64,000 nt of DNA from Dehalococcoidia bacterium (GCA_034435615.1 DAOTWZ010000032.1:24-64023), one strand, 5' to 3'. Shown: positions 9,334 through 19,131, counted from the stretch's first letter. Notes: a model not told the origin generated them from the sequence alone. Program-made: numbers and translations.

Positions 9334-9845
9334 AGCTCGTCATCGACGGCCAGGAGTTCGAGGTAGACCCTCGCGGCGACACGGCGCTGGTGGACGGCCA
9401 GACCTACTCGGTGCGAGTGAGCCGCCACCGCGATATCATCACCGTCTACGTCAACGAGCGGCCCTACTATGTCCAGGTCTCGCCGGGCGAGGCGGGACAG
9501 GACGGGGCGCGGAAGGTGCTGGTGGACGCCCGCTACCACCAGGTGGTGGTCAAGGGTGGCCCGGCCAGGGCGGCCAGGCCGCGGCGCCCCTCCGCTCCCC
9601 AGCGGCCACGCCCCACAGGCGAGCGGGGGGCCATCGTCGCCCCCATGACAGGGCGCGTGGTGCGGGTCAACGTCCAGCCGGGGGACGAGGTGCAGGAGGG
9701 GGAAGTGCTCCTGGTCATCGAGTCCATGAAAATGGAGAACGAGATCCGTTCCCCGGTGGCGGGTAAAGTGAAAGAGGTAGCCGTCCAGCCCGGCGTCCGC
9801 GTCAGCGAGGGCGACCTCCTCCTGCTCCTGGAGCCCGCTGAGTGA
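9330..9845 (+). CDS. Biotin carboxyl carrier protein (1.3S-like biotinyl subunit)
   Basis: C-terminal biotinyl domain with the biotinyl-lysine motif in its ESMKME variant. Pro/Ala-rich linker. 171 aa. Confidence 0.85.
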   Translation: MKLVIDGQEFEVDPRGDTALVDGQTYSVRVSRHRDIITVYVNERPYYVQVSPGEAGQDGARKVLVDARYHQVVVKGGPARAARPRRPSAPQRPRPTGERGAIVAPMTGRVVRVNVQPGDEVQEGEVLLVIESMKMENEIRSPVAGKVKEVAVQPGVRVSEGDLLLLLEPAE

Positions 9846-9987
9846 GCTGGCCCCTCTCGTCCGCCGGGCAGCGGGGCCCCGCCCCCTGACGCCCCCGGCC
9901 TCCTTCTCCCTGCGGTCTCCAGGAACCCCGGACGGGGGAGCGCCCCTCTGGAGGGGAAGCGTAGCGCCTCGCGCCAGCCTCCTGGTG

Positions 9988-10221
9988 TCAATCAGGCAGC
10001 GCCACCAGGGAAGTGGTGCTCTGGATGCCCTCTATCTTGCGGATACGTTCGCCCAGTATGGGAGGGATGTCGGTCAGGTTCTCCACTTCCAGCTCGGCCA
10101 CGATGTCGAAGGGGCCCATCACCTGGTAGGCCTCCACCACCTGCGGGATGCGCCGCACCTCTTCCGCTACCATCTTGGTGCGGGCCGGGTCAGCCACTAT
10201 GAGCACATAGGCCTTGATCAT
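9988..10221 (-). CDS. Lrp/AsnC ligand-binding (RAM) domain protein, stand-alone with no HTH
   Basis: MIKAYVLIVADPARTKMVAEEVRRIPQVVEAYQVMGPFDIVAELEVENLTD resembles the C-terminal domain of AsnC-type regulators. The longer ORF (to 10377) adds low-complexity sequence. Confidence 0.55.
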   Translation of the reverse strand: MIKAYVLIVADPARTKMVAEEVRRIPQVVEAYQVMGPFDIVAELEVENLTDIPPILGERIRKIEGIQSTTSLVALPD

Positions 10222-10451
10222 CGCCTGCTCTCCAGCCCCTCGAGGGCGAGGGCGTTGCCCGTATCGGATACGGCCATTATAACGGGCCAGGATGGCCGAT
10301 GCCAGCCCAGAGGCGGCCGGAGCGTCCTGAAGGCGCCTGGCTGGCGCTGGCGCTCCCCCGGCTGGTATGCTGGGCACGGTGCGTCTGTGGCGACGATTTG
10401 CTAAAATAGACGAGGCCCCACCGAGGGGGCGCAGGAAAGGGGTTACCGGCC

Positions 10452-12185
10452 ATGGCTCGTGACGACTTCATCATCCGCATCGGTGGCGATACGGCCATCG
10501 GTGGCGTCATCAGCACTGGCGAGAACTTCGCCCTGGCTGCTGCCCGCACCGGCTTCCACGCCTTCACCTTCCGCACCTATCCGGCGGAGATCAAGGGAGG
10601 CCACGCCTGGTTCCAGGTGCGCCTCAGCAACCGGCCCGTCATCTCCATCGGCGATGGGTGCGATATCCTGGTCGCCTTCGACCAGGAGGCCTACGAGCTG
10701 CACCACGAGGACCTGAACGAGCACGGCGTCCTGATCTACGACTCCGACCTGGTCCACCCGCGGGAGGAGGGCCGCAACGTAGTCCTCTACGGCATACCGT
10801 TCCAGAAGATAGCCCGCCAGGAGCTGGAGTTCGTGCGGGGCACCAACACCCTGATCCAGGGTGTGCTGGCCGGTCTCTTCGGCCTGCCCCTCTCCTCCCT
10901 GGAGGAGATGGTGGTCCAGCGCTACCAGCGGCGCAAGGAGCTGCTGGACAAGAACCTGGAGGCGTTGCGTTACGGCTACGACTACGTCAAGACTATGACC
11001 AAGCGCGACAACTTCTGGCTGGGCGCCGCCGATAACGTCTCCAGGCTGGTCATGAGCGGGAACAACGCCATAGTGGCGGGGGCGCTGCACGCCGGCTGCC
11101 GCTACTTCGCCGGCTATCCCATCACCCCGGCCTCTGACATCCTGGAGGCTATGGCGGAGATGCTGCCCAGGCTGGGCGGCGTCTGTCTCCAGGCCGAGGA
11201 CGAGATGGCCGCCCTCGCCTCCGTCATCGGCGCCTCCTATGGCGGCGTCAAGGCGATGACAGCCACCTCCGGCCCTGGCTTCTCTCTGATGGTGGAGCTG
11301 CTGGGCCTCGCCTCCATGGCCGAGATACCCATCGTCATTGTGGACGCCCAGCGCTCCGGCCCCAGCACCGGTATGCCGACGAAGCTGGAGCAGGGAGACC
11401 TCTTCCACGCCCTGTACGCCGGCCACGGCGACTTCCCCCGCATCGTGGTGGCGCCGGGCTCGGTGGAGGACTGTCTGCGCATGACGGTGACGGCCTTCAA
11501 CCTGGCGGAGAAGTACCAGTGCCCCGTCATCCTTCTCTCCGACCAGTCCCTCTCCCACCGCACGGAGACCATCGACCCGCCGGACGTGGCACCGCTGCGG
11601 GTGGAGGACCGGCTGCGGCCGGACGGGGTGGCCCCCGGGGAGTACAGGCGCTTCCTCATCACCGAGAGCGGCGTCTCCCCCATGGCCATCCCGGGCTGGG
11701 ATCGCCACACCTACGTGGCGCCGGGGCTGGAGCATGACGAGCTGGGCCACCCGGTGCTCACGCCCCAGGTGCACGAGGCGATGACGGCCAAGCGCTTCGC
11801 CAAGCTGGAGAGCTGCCGCCGCGAGGTGGACACCCCGGCGATGGCCACTCGCTACGGGGACGAGAAGGCGGAGCTGGGCATCATAGGCTGGGGGGCCACG
11901 GAGGGCTCCATCAGGGAGGCGGTGGACCGGGCGCGGGCCAGGGGCTACAAGGTGGCCGCCCTGCACCTACGCGTCCTGAACCCCCTCCCCAGGGAACAGG
12001 TGCAGGAGTTCCTGGGCAGCGTGAAGAAGGTCATGGTGCCGGAGGTGAACTATCAGGGGCAGCTCGCCCATCACCTGGCGGCCACTATGGGGGTCAGGGC
12101 CATCAAGGTGAACAAGATCGGCGGTCTCCCCTTCACCCCGGGCGAGATCATGGCCAGGGTAGAGGAGGTAATGCGCAATGGCTGA
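10452..12185 (+). CDS. korA: 2-oxoacid:ferredoxin oxidoreductase alpha subunit (2-oxoglutarate/pyruvate family)
   Basis: 577 aa with typical KorA/OorA domain order. The beta-subunit gene follows with a 4-nt overlap. Confidence 0.85.
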   Translation: MARDDFIIRIGGDTAIGGVISTGENFALAAARTGFHAFTFRTYPAEIKGGHAWFQVRLSNRPVISIGDGCDILVAFDQEAYELHHEDLNEHGVLIYDSDLVHPREEGRNVVLYGIPFQKIARQELEFVRGTNTLIQGVLAGLFGLPLSSLEEMVVQRYQRRKELLDKNLEALRYGYDYVKTMTKRDNFWLGAADNVSRLVMSGNNAIVAGALHAGCRYFAGYPITPASDILEAMAEMLPRLGGVCLQAEDEMAALASVIGASYGGVKAMTATSGPGFSLMVELLGLASMAEIPIVIVDAQRSGPSTGMPTKLEQGDLFHALYAGHGDFPRIVVAPGSVEDCLRMTVTAFNLAEKYQCPVILLSDQSLSHRTETIDPPDVAPLRVEDRLRPDGVAPGEYRRFLITESGVSPMAIPGWDRHTYVAPGLEHDELGHPVLTPQVHEAMTAKRFAKLESCRREVDTPAMATRYGDEKAELGIIGWGATEGSIREAVDRARARGYKVAALHLRVLNPLPREQVQEFLGSVKKVMVPEVNYQGQLAHHLAATMGVRAIKVNKIGGLPFTPGEIMARVEEVMRNG

Positions 12186-13044
12186 CGCGACCACTGCCGA
12201 GCGACCGGCAGGGATGCTGACAGTCAAGGACTACAAGAGCGATCAGAAGCCGGTCTGGTGCCCCGGCTGCGGCGACTTCGGTGTGCTGAGCGCCACCTTC
12301 AAGGCGCTCGCCGCCCTCCAGCTACCCAAGCACCAGGTAGTGGTGGTCTCCGGCATCGGTTGCTCCAGCCGCTCCCCCTACTTCATGAGCACCTTCGGCC
12401 TGCACGGGGTGCACGGGCGGGCGCTGCCCATCGCCACTGGCCTCAAGCTGGCCCGCCCCGACCTCACCGTCCTGGTGATGGGCGGCGACGGCGACCTGAT
12501 GGCCATCGGCGCCGGACACCTGCCCCACGCCGCCGCCCGCAACATCGATATTACCTGCGTCATGATGGACAACCAGACCTACGGCCTGACCAAGGCGCAG
12601 GCCTCCCCCACGTCCTTCATCGGCCAGAAGACCAAGTCCACCCCCTACGGGGTCATCGCCAAGCCTCTGAACCCGGTCCTCTTCGCCCTCGTCTATGGGG
12701 CCACCTTCGTCGCCCGGGGCTACTCCGCCCGGCCCAACGAGCTGGCCAACATACTGGTCGAGGCGATAAAGCACAAGGGCTTCTCTTTCGTCCACGTCCA
12801 GAGCCCCTGCGCCGAGTTCTACAACACCTACGACTACTACGACCAGCGGGTCACCGAGCTGCCGCCGGACTGGGACCGCCACGACCTCAAAGCGGCCGTG
12901 GAGCTGGCCCTGACGGAGGACAGGGTGCACCTGGGCGTCTTTTACGAAGGGGAACGCCCCGTGTACGAGCTCCAGGCCCGCCAGGCGGCGCCGGGAGTGG
13001 AGGAATTCGACCTGGCCACCTATCTCAAGGAGAACTTCTCCTAA
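12178..13044 (+). CDS. korB: 2-oxoacid:ferredoxin oxidoreductase beta subunit (TPP-binding)
   Basis: CPGCGDFG and GIGCS plus GGDGD TPP-binding motifs. 288 aa. Confidence 0.85.
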   Translation: MADATTAERPAGMLTVKDYKSDQKPVWCPGCGDFGVLSATFKALAALQLPKHQVVVVSGIGCSSRSPYFMSTFGLHGVHGRALPIATGLKLARPDLTVLVMGGDGDLMAIGAGHLPHAAARNIDITCVMMDNQTYGLTKAQASPTSFIGQKTKSTPYGVIAKPLNPVLFALVYGATFVARGYSARPNELANILVEAIKHKGFSFVHVQSPCAEFYNTYDYYDQRVTELPPDWDRHDLKAAVELALTEDRVHLGVFYEGERPVYELQARQAAPGVEEFDLATYLKENFS

Positions 13045-13086
13045 AGCCGGCCTTCGGGAGGCGGTCAGTGGCCAGGCCAGACAGCT

Positions 13087-13155
13087 CCCGCCGGGCATCG
13101 TCAGCCCGGCGGGACACCTTGCGTAGGGGAGAAGGGGCGGGCCTTCGGGGCCCGC
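13087..13155 (+). terminator. Two tandem GC-rich hairpins: a 10-bp perfect stem at 13087-13113, and a 7-bp stem with TTCG loop at 13137-13155. No U-tract.
   Basis: CCCGCCGGGC...GCCCGGCGGG, then GCGGGCC-TTCG-GGCCCGC, sitting between korB and icd. Could be a U-less terminator or attenuator of the type seen in high-GC taxa. Confidence 0.3.
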
Positions 13156-13179
13156 TAATCACGAACGAGGAGTAGCAGC

Positions 13180-14298
13180 ATGGTACTCTTGCAGCGTCAC
13201 GACCTGGAGCGACCCTACAAGATCACCCTGATCCCCGGCGACGGCACCGGCCCCGAGATCACCGAGGCGACGGTGCGGGTGGTGGAGGCCACCGGCGTCC
13301 CCATCCAGTGGGAGGTGAAGGAGGCCGGCCTGGATGCCATGGAGAAGTACGGGAGCGTCCTGCCAGAGGACGTCCTGGAGTCCGTGCGTCGCAATAAGGT
13401 AGCCCTCAAGGGTCCCATCACCACGCCCCGGGGCGGCGGCTTCCGCAGCGTCAACGTGGCCCTGCGCAAGCTCCTAGACCTCTACGCCTGCCTGCGGCCG
13501 GCCAAGTGGTACAGGGGCGTCCGCAGCCGCTACGAGAACATAGACCTGGTCATCGTGCGGGAGAACCACGAGGACCTCTACGCCGGCCTGGAGTTCGAGA
13601 AGGGGGACCCGGCCATCCGCGTCATCTCCGAGCTGTGCGAGAAGGCGGGGATGGGCTCCATACCCGAGGACGCCGGCCTCAGCCTGAAGATGATCTCGGA
13701 GCGGGGAAGCCGGCGCATCGTCAAGTTCGCCTTCGAGTACGCCCGCACCTACGGCCGGCGCAAGGTCACCGCCGTGGCCAAGGACAACATCCTCAAGTTC
13801 AGCGATGGCCTCTTCTTCGCCGTCGCCCGTGAGGTGGCCGCCGAGTACCCGGACATCCAGTACGAAGAGATGCTGGTAGACAACATGTGCATGCAGCTGG
13901 TGACGCGGCCGGAGCACTACGATGTCCTGGTCCTCCCCAACCTCTACGGCGACATCCTCTCCGACCTCTGCGCCGGGCTGGTAGGGGGGCTGGGCGTGGC
14001 CCCCGGCGCCAACCTGGGCGACGACATAGCCGTCTTCGAGCCCGTCCACGGCAGCGCCCCCCGCTACGCCGGCCAGAACAAGGTCAACCCCATGGCCATG
14101 ATGTTCTCCGCCGTCATGATGCTGCGCTACATCGGCGAGCCGGTGGCGGCCGACCGCCTGGAGCAGGCCATGGCCGCCGTCATCGCCGAGGGGAAGTCCG
14201 TCACCTACGACATGAAGCCCCACCGTGACGACCCCACCGCCGTCGGCACCTCCCAGGTGGCGGACGCCATCATCGAGAAGCTGCAACACATGGACTGA
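13180..14298 (+). CDS. icd: Isocitrate dehydrogenase (NAD-dependent, homodimeric isocitrate/isopropylmalate dehydrogenase family)
   Basis: [22 protein letters not shown] and GSAP motifs. 372 aa. Sits among TCA genes, so IDH is favoured over LeuB. Confidence 0.8.
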   Translation: MVLLQRHDLERPYKITLIPGDGTGPEITEATVRVVEATGVPIQWEVKEAGLDAMEKYGSVLPEDVLESVRRNKVALKGPITTPRGGGFRSVNVALRKLLDLYACLRPAKWYRGVRSRYENIDLVIVRENHEDLYAGLEFEKGDPAIRVISELCEKAGMGSIPEDAGLSLKMISERGSRRIVKFAFEYARTYGRRKVTAVAKDNILKFSDGLFFAVAREVAAEYPDIQYEEMLVDNMCMQLVTRPEHYDVLVLPNLYGDILSDLCAGLVGGLGVAPGANLGDDIAVFEPVHGSAPRYAGQNKVNPMAMMFSAVMMLRYIGEPVAADRLEQAMAAVIAEGKSVTYDMKPHRDDPTAVGTSQVADAIIEKLQHMD

Positions 14299-14332
14299 CG
14301 CCCCCGTCAGGGGCCTGGAGCAGGAGGCGAGG

Positions 14333-15283
14333 ATGCGCAGAAAGGTGACCGTAGTCGGCGCCGGGATGACTGGCGGCACCATGGCCCAGCGCCTGGCCGA
14401 GACCGGCTACGTGGACGTGGTCATGATCGACATAATCGAGGGCCTGCCTCAGGGGAAGGCCCTGGATCTGGCCGAGTCCGCCCCCGTAGTGGGCTTCGAT
14501 GCCCGCGTCATCGGCACCAACGACTGGAAGGACACCGCCGGGTCGGACGTGGTCATCGTCACCTCGGGCGTCCCCCGCCGGCCAGGGATGAGCCGCGAGG
14601 ACCTGGTGAACACCAACGCCGGTATCGTGCGGGAGGTCTGCCAGCGGGCGGTAGAGCAGTCCCCGGACGCCATCTTCGTCATCTTCGCCAACCCTATGGA
14701 CGCCATGTGCCACGTGGCCAAGGAGGTCACCGGGCTGCCGCGCAGCCGCGTGGTGGGCCAGGGCGGGATGCTGGACAGCGCCCGCTACCGCACCTTCATC
14801 GCCTGGGAGGTTGGCTGCTCCGTGGAAGACGTCCATGCCTACGTCCTGGGCGGCCACACGGAGCAGACGATGGTGCCCATAGTCAGCACGGCCATGGTGG
14901 GAGGCGTCCCCCTGACCCATCTCCTGCCGAAGGAGCGCATAGAGGCGGTGGTGCAGCGGACGCGCAACGGCGGGGCCGAGGTGGTCTCCCTCCTCAAGAC
15001 GGGCTCCGCCTTCTACGCCCCGGCCGCCGCCACCGTGGCCATGGTGGAGTCCATCCTCCTGGACAAGAAGCGGGTGCTCCCCTGCTGCGCCTACCTGGAG
15101 GGGGAATACGGCATCCAGGGGGCCTACACCGGCGTGCCGGTGCGGCTGGGCGCCGGCGGCGTGGAGAAGATATACGAGGCGCCGCTGGCGCCGGACGAGC
15201 TGGAGGGGCTGCGCCGGGCGGCCCAGGCCGTTCAGGAGCTGGTAGCCCTGGTGAAGCGGGGCGAGGGATGGACGCCCTACTAG
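14333..15283 (+). CDS. mdh: Malate dehydrogenase (LDH-like MDH)
   Basis: KVTVVGAGMTGG Rossmann motif. 316 aa. CAGGAGG RBS. The ORF-track start at 14225 is too early. Confidence 0.85.
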   Translation: MRRKVTVVGAGMTGGTMAQRLAETGYVDVVMIDIIEGLPQGKALDLAESAPVVGFDARVIGTNDWKDTAGSDVVIVTSGVPRRPGMSREDLVNTNAGIVREVCQRAVEQSPDAIFVIFANPMDAMCHVAKEVTGLPRSRVVGQGGMLDSARYRTFIAWEVGCSVEDVHAYVLGGHTEQTMVPIVSTAMVGGVPLTHLLPKERIEAVVQRTRNGGAEVVSLLKTGSAFYAPAAATVAMVESILLDKKRVLPCCAYLEGEYGIQGAYTGVPVRLGAGGVEKIYEAPLAPDELEGLRRAAQAVQELVALVKRGEGWTPY

Positions 15284-15660
15284 TGGTCAGGAGAGAGGAG
15301 CTCCGCCCCGACCTCGGCCAGACCCCAGGGATGGAGCGCTACGCCGGCGTGGCCGCCGCTACCGTGGGCGCCAGGGGGCTCTGGGTAGGCTACGTCACCA
15401 TGGCCCCGGGCAGCCGGTCCGGCCCCCACCACCACGGCGATTGCGAGAGCGCTATATACATAGTCCGCGGGCGGGCCCGCTTCCGCTTCGGCCCGCGGCT
15501 GGAGGAGGCGGTGGAGGCCGGGCCGGGCGACTTCGTCTACGTGCCCCCTCGCCTCGTCCATCAGGAGATCAATCTGAGCCAGGACGAGGCCATAGAGATG
15601 GTCGTCGTTCGGGACTCGCAGGAGAACGTGGTGGTCAACGTGGAGCTGCCAGAGGAGTAG
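15268..15660 (+). CDS. Cupin domain protein
   Basis: HHHGDCESAIYIVRG...GDFVYVPPRLVHQE two-motif cupin signature. Overlaps the mdh stop by 16 nt. Confidence 0.55.
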   Translation: MDALLVVRREELRPDLGQTPGMERYAGVAAATVGARGLWVGYVTMAPGSRSGPHHHGDCESAIYIVRGRARFRFGPRLEEAVEAGPGDFVYVPPRLVHQEINLSQDEAIEMVVVRDSQENVVVNVELPEE

Positions 15661-15686
15661 CTGCGTCCCGGTGGAGAGAAGCAGGC

Positions 15687-15718
15687 GGGCCGCCCTACCA
15701 CGGGCGGCCCGTTTCTGT
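15687..15718. terminator. Bidirectional terminator hairpin between the convergent cupin (+) gene and sdhCAB (-)
   Basis: GGGCCGCCC, 6-nt loop, GGGCGGCCC (perfect 9-bp stem), then GTTTCTGT on the + strand and a CT-rich tract on the - strand. Confidence 0.45.
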
Positions 15719-15732
15719 CCCCAGTGCGGGCC

Positions 15733-16542
15733 CTAGCCAGCGCGGCGCCGCTCCTGCGCCGGCGGGGCAGCCTCGGCAGTGGACTGTGGCCGGGCCTGGC
15801 GGCCGAAGACCTTCCCCAGCACCCAGCGCACCGGGTCGAAGTAGACGTCCGCCACCCGCTCCTTGAGGGGAATGATGGCGTTGTCGGTGATGTGGATCTC
15901 CTCCGGGCAGACCTGGGTGCAGCACTTGGTGATGTTGCAGAAGCCCACGCCGGCGATCTTGCGGATGAACTCGCGCCGGTCGGCCGTGTCCAGGGGGTGC
16001 ATCTCCAGCTCCGCCAGGCGGACGAACCAGCGGGGGCCGAAGAAGAACTCCTTGTTCTCCGGGTGGTCGCGGATGACGTGACAGACGTTCTGGCAGAGGA
16101 AGCACTCTATGCACTTGCGGAACTCGCGGCCCCGCTCAATGTCCTCCTGCATCATGCGATAGATGCCGTCCGGGTCGGGCGGGCGGGGCTGGAAGGGCGG
16201 GATCATCTTGGCGATCTCGTAGTTAATGGAGACGTCCGTCACCAGGTCCTTGATGTGAGGGAAGGTCTTGATGGGGGCCACCACCACGGGGCGCTCCACC
16301 GGGTAGAGGCTCATGCGGGTCATGCACATGAGCCGCGGGTAGCCGTTGACCTCGGCGCTACAGGAGCCACACTTGCCAGCCTTGCAGTTCCAGCGGACGG
16401 CCAGATCCGGGGCGAGCTCCGCCTGGACCTTGAGCACCACGTCCAGGACGACGTTGCCCTCCTCCACGTCCACCTGATAGTCCACGAACTGGCCGCCGTT
16501 GCCGCGCTCACCGCGAAAGATGCGGATGGTTCTGAGGGCCAC
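15733..16542 (-). CDS. sdhB: Succinate dehydrogenase / fumarate reductase iron-sulfur subunit
   Basis: Cys clusters CKAGKCGSCSAEVNG and CIECFLCQNVC. Confidence 0.85.
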   Translation of the reverse strand: MALRTIRIFRGERGNGGQFVDYQVDVEEGNVVLDVVLKVQAELAPDLAVRWNCKAGKCGSCSAEVNGYPRLMCMTRMSLYPVERPVVVAPIKTFPHIKDLVTDVSINYEIAKMIPPFQPRPPDPDGIYRMMQEDIERGREFRKCIECFLCQNVCHVIRDHPENKEFFFGPRWFVRLAELEMHPLDTADRREFIRKIAGVGFCNITKCCTQVCPEEIHITDNAIIPLKERVADVYFDPVRWVLGKVFGRQARPQSTAEAAPPAQERRRAG

Positions 16543-16545
16543 CGT

Positions 16546-18342
16546 CTACGCCTCCTGCAGTATCTTCTTGACCTCGTCCGGCAGTTCGGGCCGTGGCTCC
16601 TTCACCAGCAGCGGCTGGCCGTCGCTGTCCCGGCGGACGACGATGTTGAACCGGGCCTGCTCCGGGTCCTCGTTGGGGTAGTCGTCCCGGGTATGGGCGC
16701 CGCGGCTCTCCTTTCGCTCCAGGGCGGAGATGGTTATGGCCTCCGCCACGGTGAGAAGGTTCTTCAGGTCCATGGCCAGGTGCCAGCCCGGGTTGTAGAG
16801 CTGGTTGCCGGGCACGCTGACCCGCCTGGCCCGCTCCTTCAGGTCCTGGATGCGGTGCAGCGCCTCCTTCAGCTCCTCCTCGGTGCGGATGATCCCCACC
16901 AGGTCCTGCATGGTCTGCTGCAGCTCCTTCTGGAGGGCGAAGGGGTTCTCACCGTCGGCCCGCTGGAAGGGCTCGTACATCTCGGCAGCGGCGGCCTCGA
17001 TCTCGTCGCCGCTGGGGGAGACGATGGTGGCCAGGGAGCCGGCGTACTGGGCGGCGGCCAGCCCGGCCCGCCGGCCGAAGACCAGGAGGTCGGACAGGGA
17101 GTTGCCGCCCAGGCGGTTGGCGCCATGGAGGCCAGCCGCCACCTCGCCGGCGGCGTAGAGGCCGGGCACGCAGGTGGCGGCGGTGTCCGGGTCCACCTTC
17201 ACGCCGCCCATGATGTAGTGCATGGTAGGGCCCACCTCCATGGGCTCCCGGGTGATGTCGACGTCGGCCAGCTTGAGGAACTGGTGGTACATGCTGGGCA
17301 GCCGACGGATGATCTCCTCACGGGGCAGGCGTGAGGCGATGTCCAGGAAGACGCCGCCGTGGGGGCTGCCGCGGCCGGCCTTGATCTCGGCGTTGATGGC
17401 GCGGGCCACCACATCGCGGGGGAGGAGCTCCGGCGGCCGACGGTTGTTGCGCTTGTCGGTGTACCAGCGGTCGGCCTCGGCGATGCTCTCCGCCGTCTCT
17501 GCCCGGAAGTAGTCCGGGATGTAGTTGAACATGAAGCGTTCGCCCTTGTTGTTGAGGAGGATGCCGCCATCGCCCCGCACGCCCTCGGTGACCAGGACGC
17601 CGGCCACGCTGGGGGGCCAGACCATGCCCGTGGGGTGGAACTGGACGAACTCCATATCCATCAGCTCCGCCCCCGCCCAGTAGGCCAGGGACTGGCCGTC
17701 GCCCGTGTATTCCCAGGAGTTGGAGGTGACCTTGTAGCACTTCCCCACGCCGCCGGTGGCCAGGACGACGGCCTTGGCCCGCCAGACGATGAGGTCGCCG
17801 CTCTCGCGGCGGTAGCCCAGGCAACCGGCCACGCGGCGGCCATCGCTGAGGATGCGGGTGACGGTGGTCTCCATGAAGACGTCGATGCCCAGGGAGACCG
17901 CCTTCTGCTGAAGGGTGCGGATCATCTCCAAGCCGGTGCGGTCGCCCACGTGGGCCAGACGGGAGTAGCGGTGGCCGCCGAAGGGACGCTGGAGGATGCG
18001 GCCGTCCGGCGTGCGGTCGAAGAGGGCGCCCCAGCGCTCCAGCTCCAGCACTCGCTCCGGGGCCTCCTGGGCGTGGATCATGGCCATGCGCCAGTTATTC
18101 ATGAGCTTGCCGCCGCGCATGGTGTCCCGGAAGTGGACGCGCCAGTTGTCGTCCGGGTCCACGTTGGCCAGGGCGGCGGCGATGCCTCCCTCCGCCATCA
18201 CCGTGTGGGCCTTCCCCAGCAGGGACTTGCAGACGATGGCCGTCCGGGCGCCCTGCTCGGCTGCCTCTATGGCCGCCCGCAGGCCGGCGCCGCCCGCCCC
18301 TACCACCACCACGTCGTAGTCGTGCAGATCGTAGCCGGGCAA
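16546..18342 (-). CDS. sdhA: Succinate dehydrogenase / fumarate reductase flavoprotein subunit
   Basis: DVVVVGAGGAGLRAA FAD motif. 598 aa. Confidence 0.9.
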   Translation of the reverse strand: MPGYDLHDYDVVVVGAGGAGLRAAIEAAEQGARTAIVCKSLLGKAHTVMAEGGIAAALANVDPDDNWRVHFRDTMRGGKLMNNWRMAMIHAQEAPERVLELERWGALFDRTPDGRILQRPFGGHRYSRLAHVGDRTGLEMIRTLQQKAVSLGIDVFMETTVTRILSDGRRVAGCLGYRRESGDLIVWRAKAVVLATGGVGKCYKVTSNSWEYTGDGQSLAYWAGAELMDMEFVQFHPTGMVWPPSVAGVLVTEGVRGDGGILLNNKGERFMFNYIPDYFRAETAESIAEADRWYTDKRNNRRPPELLPRDVVARAINAEIKAGRGSPHGGVFLDIASRLPREEIIRRLPSMYHQFLKLADVDITREPMEVGPTMHYIMGGVKVDPDTAATCVPGLYAAGEVAAGLHGANRLGGNSLSDLLVFGRRAGLAAAQYAGSLATIVSPSGDEIEAAAAEMYEPFQRADGENPFALQKELQQTMQDLVGIIRTEEELKEALHRIQDLKERARRVSVPGNQLYNPGWHLAMDLKNLLTVAEAITISALERKESRGAHTRDDYPNEDPEQARFNIVVRRDSDGQPLLVKEPRPELPDEVKKILQEA

Positions 18343-18354
18343 GGCGTCACCCCC

Positions 18355-19131
18355 CTAGAAGCGGGACCACGTGTTCGGGTCCGTGATATGGCCGTTGGCT
18401 ACCAGACGGATGTAGACATCGGTGAAGGTGATGAAGATGAGGCTGGCCCAGGCCCAGAAGCGGTGGTTCTCGTTCCAGCGGGAGACCCACTGCCAGATGC
18501 GCCCCCGCGTGCGGTTGGCCAGGGAGCAACTGAAGCAGTCCAGACCGCCCCCTACCAGGTGGCGGAAGGAGTGACAGGAGAAGGTGTACATCATAAGGAG
18601 GAAGGCGTTGACCACCAGGATGATGGAGCCGAGGCCGATGCCCCAGCCCTCTTCCGGGTCATGGAAGCTGCGCCCCGCTCCTATCCAGAGGAGCGGTATG
18701 AAGACCAGGGCGGCGTAGAGGAAGAAGCGGTGCAGGTTCTGCAGGACGAAGGGGAAACGCGTCTCGCCGCTGTACTTGCGGGGCAGCGCTCCCACGGCAC
18801 AGGCAGGCGGGCTCAGGAAGAAAGAGCGGTAGTAGGCCAGACGGTAGTAGTAGCAGGTGGCCCGGAAACCCACCGGCCCCCACAGAATGAGGAGGGCAGG
18901 GGAGAACCACCAGACCTTGAAGGGGCCGTGCAGCTTGGGCTCATACACGGGCGACAGATACGGGCCGATCTCGAAGGCCCAGTTGTCCAGAAAGGCGCTG
19001 ACCGTGAGGTAGCCCAGAAAGATAGCCAGGCCAGCGGCCACCAGGGCAGGTTCCACCCACCAGCGGTCCTGTCTCAGGGTGGCCAGGAAGCCCAACCTAT
19101 GCGGGGGCGAGACCGCCTGCCTGAGCGCCAT
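18355..19131 (-). CDS. sdhC: Succinate dehydrogenase cytochrome b membrane anchor subunit
   Basis: 258 aa polytopic membrane protein with conserved His residues, directly upstream of sdhA/sdhB. Confidence 0.7.
   Translation of the reverse strand: MALRQAVSPPHRLGFLATLRQDRWWVEPALVAAGLAIFLGYLTVSAFLDNWAFEIGPYLSPVYEPKLHGPFKVWWFSPALLILWGPVGFRATCYYYRLAYYRSFFLSPPACAVGALPRKYSGETRFPFVLQNLHRFFLYAALVFIPLLWIGAGRSFHDPEEGWGIGLGSIILVVNAFLLMMYTFSCHSFRHLVGGGLDCFSCSLANRTRGRIWQWVSRWNENHRFWAWASLIFITFTDVYIRLVANGHITDPNTWSRF

Noticed and set aside
10443-14382. Minus-strand ORFs 10443-11966, 12322-13098 and 13474-14382
   Set aside because: They are antisense shadows of korA, korB and icd.
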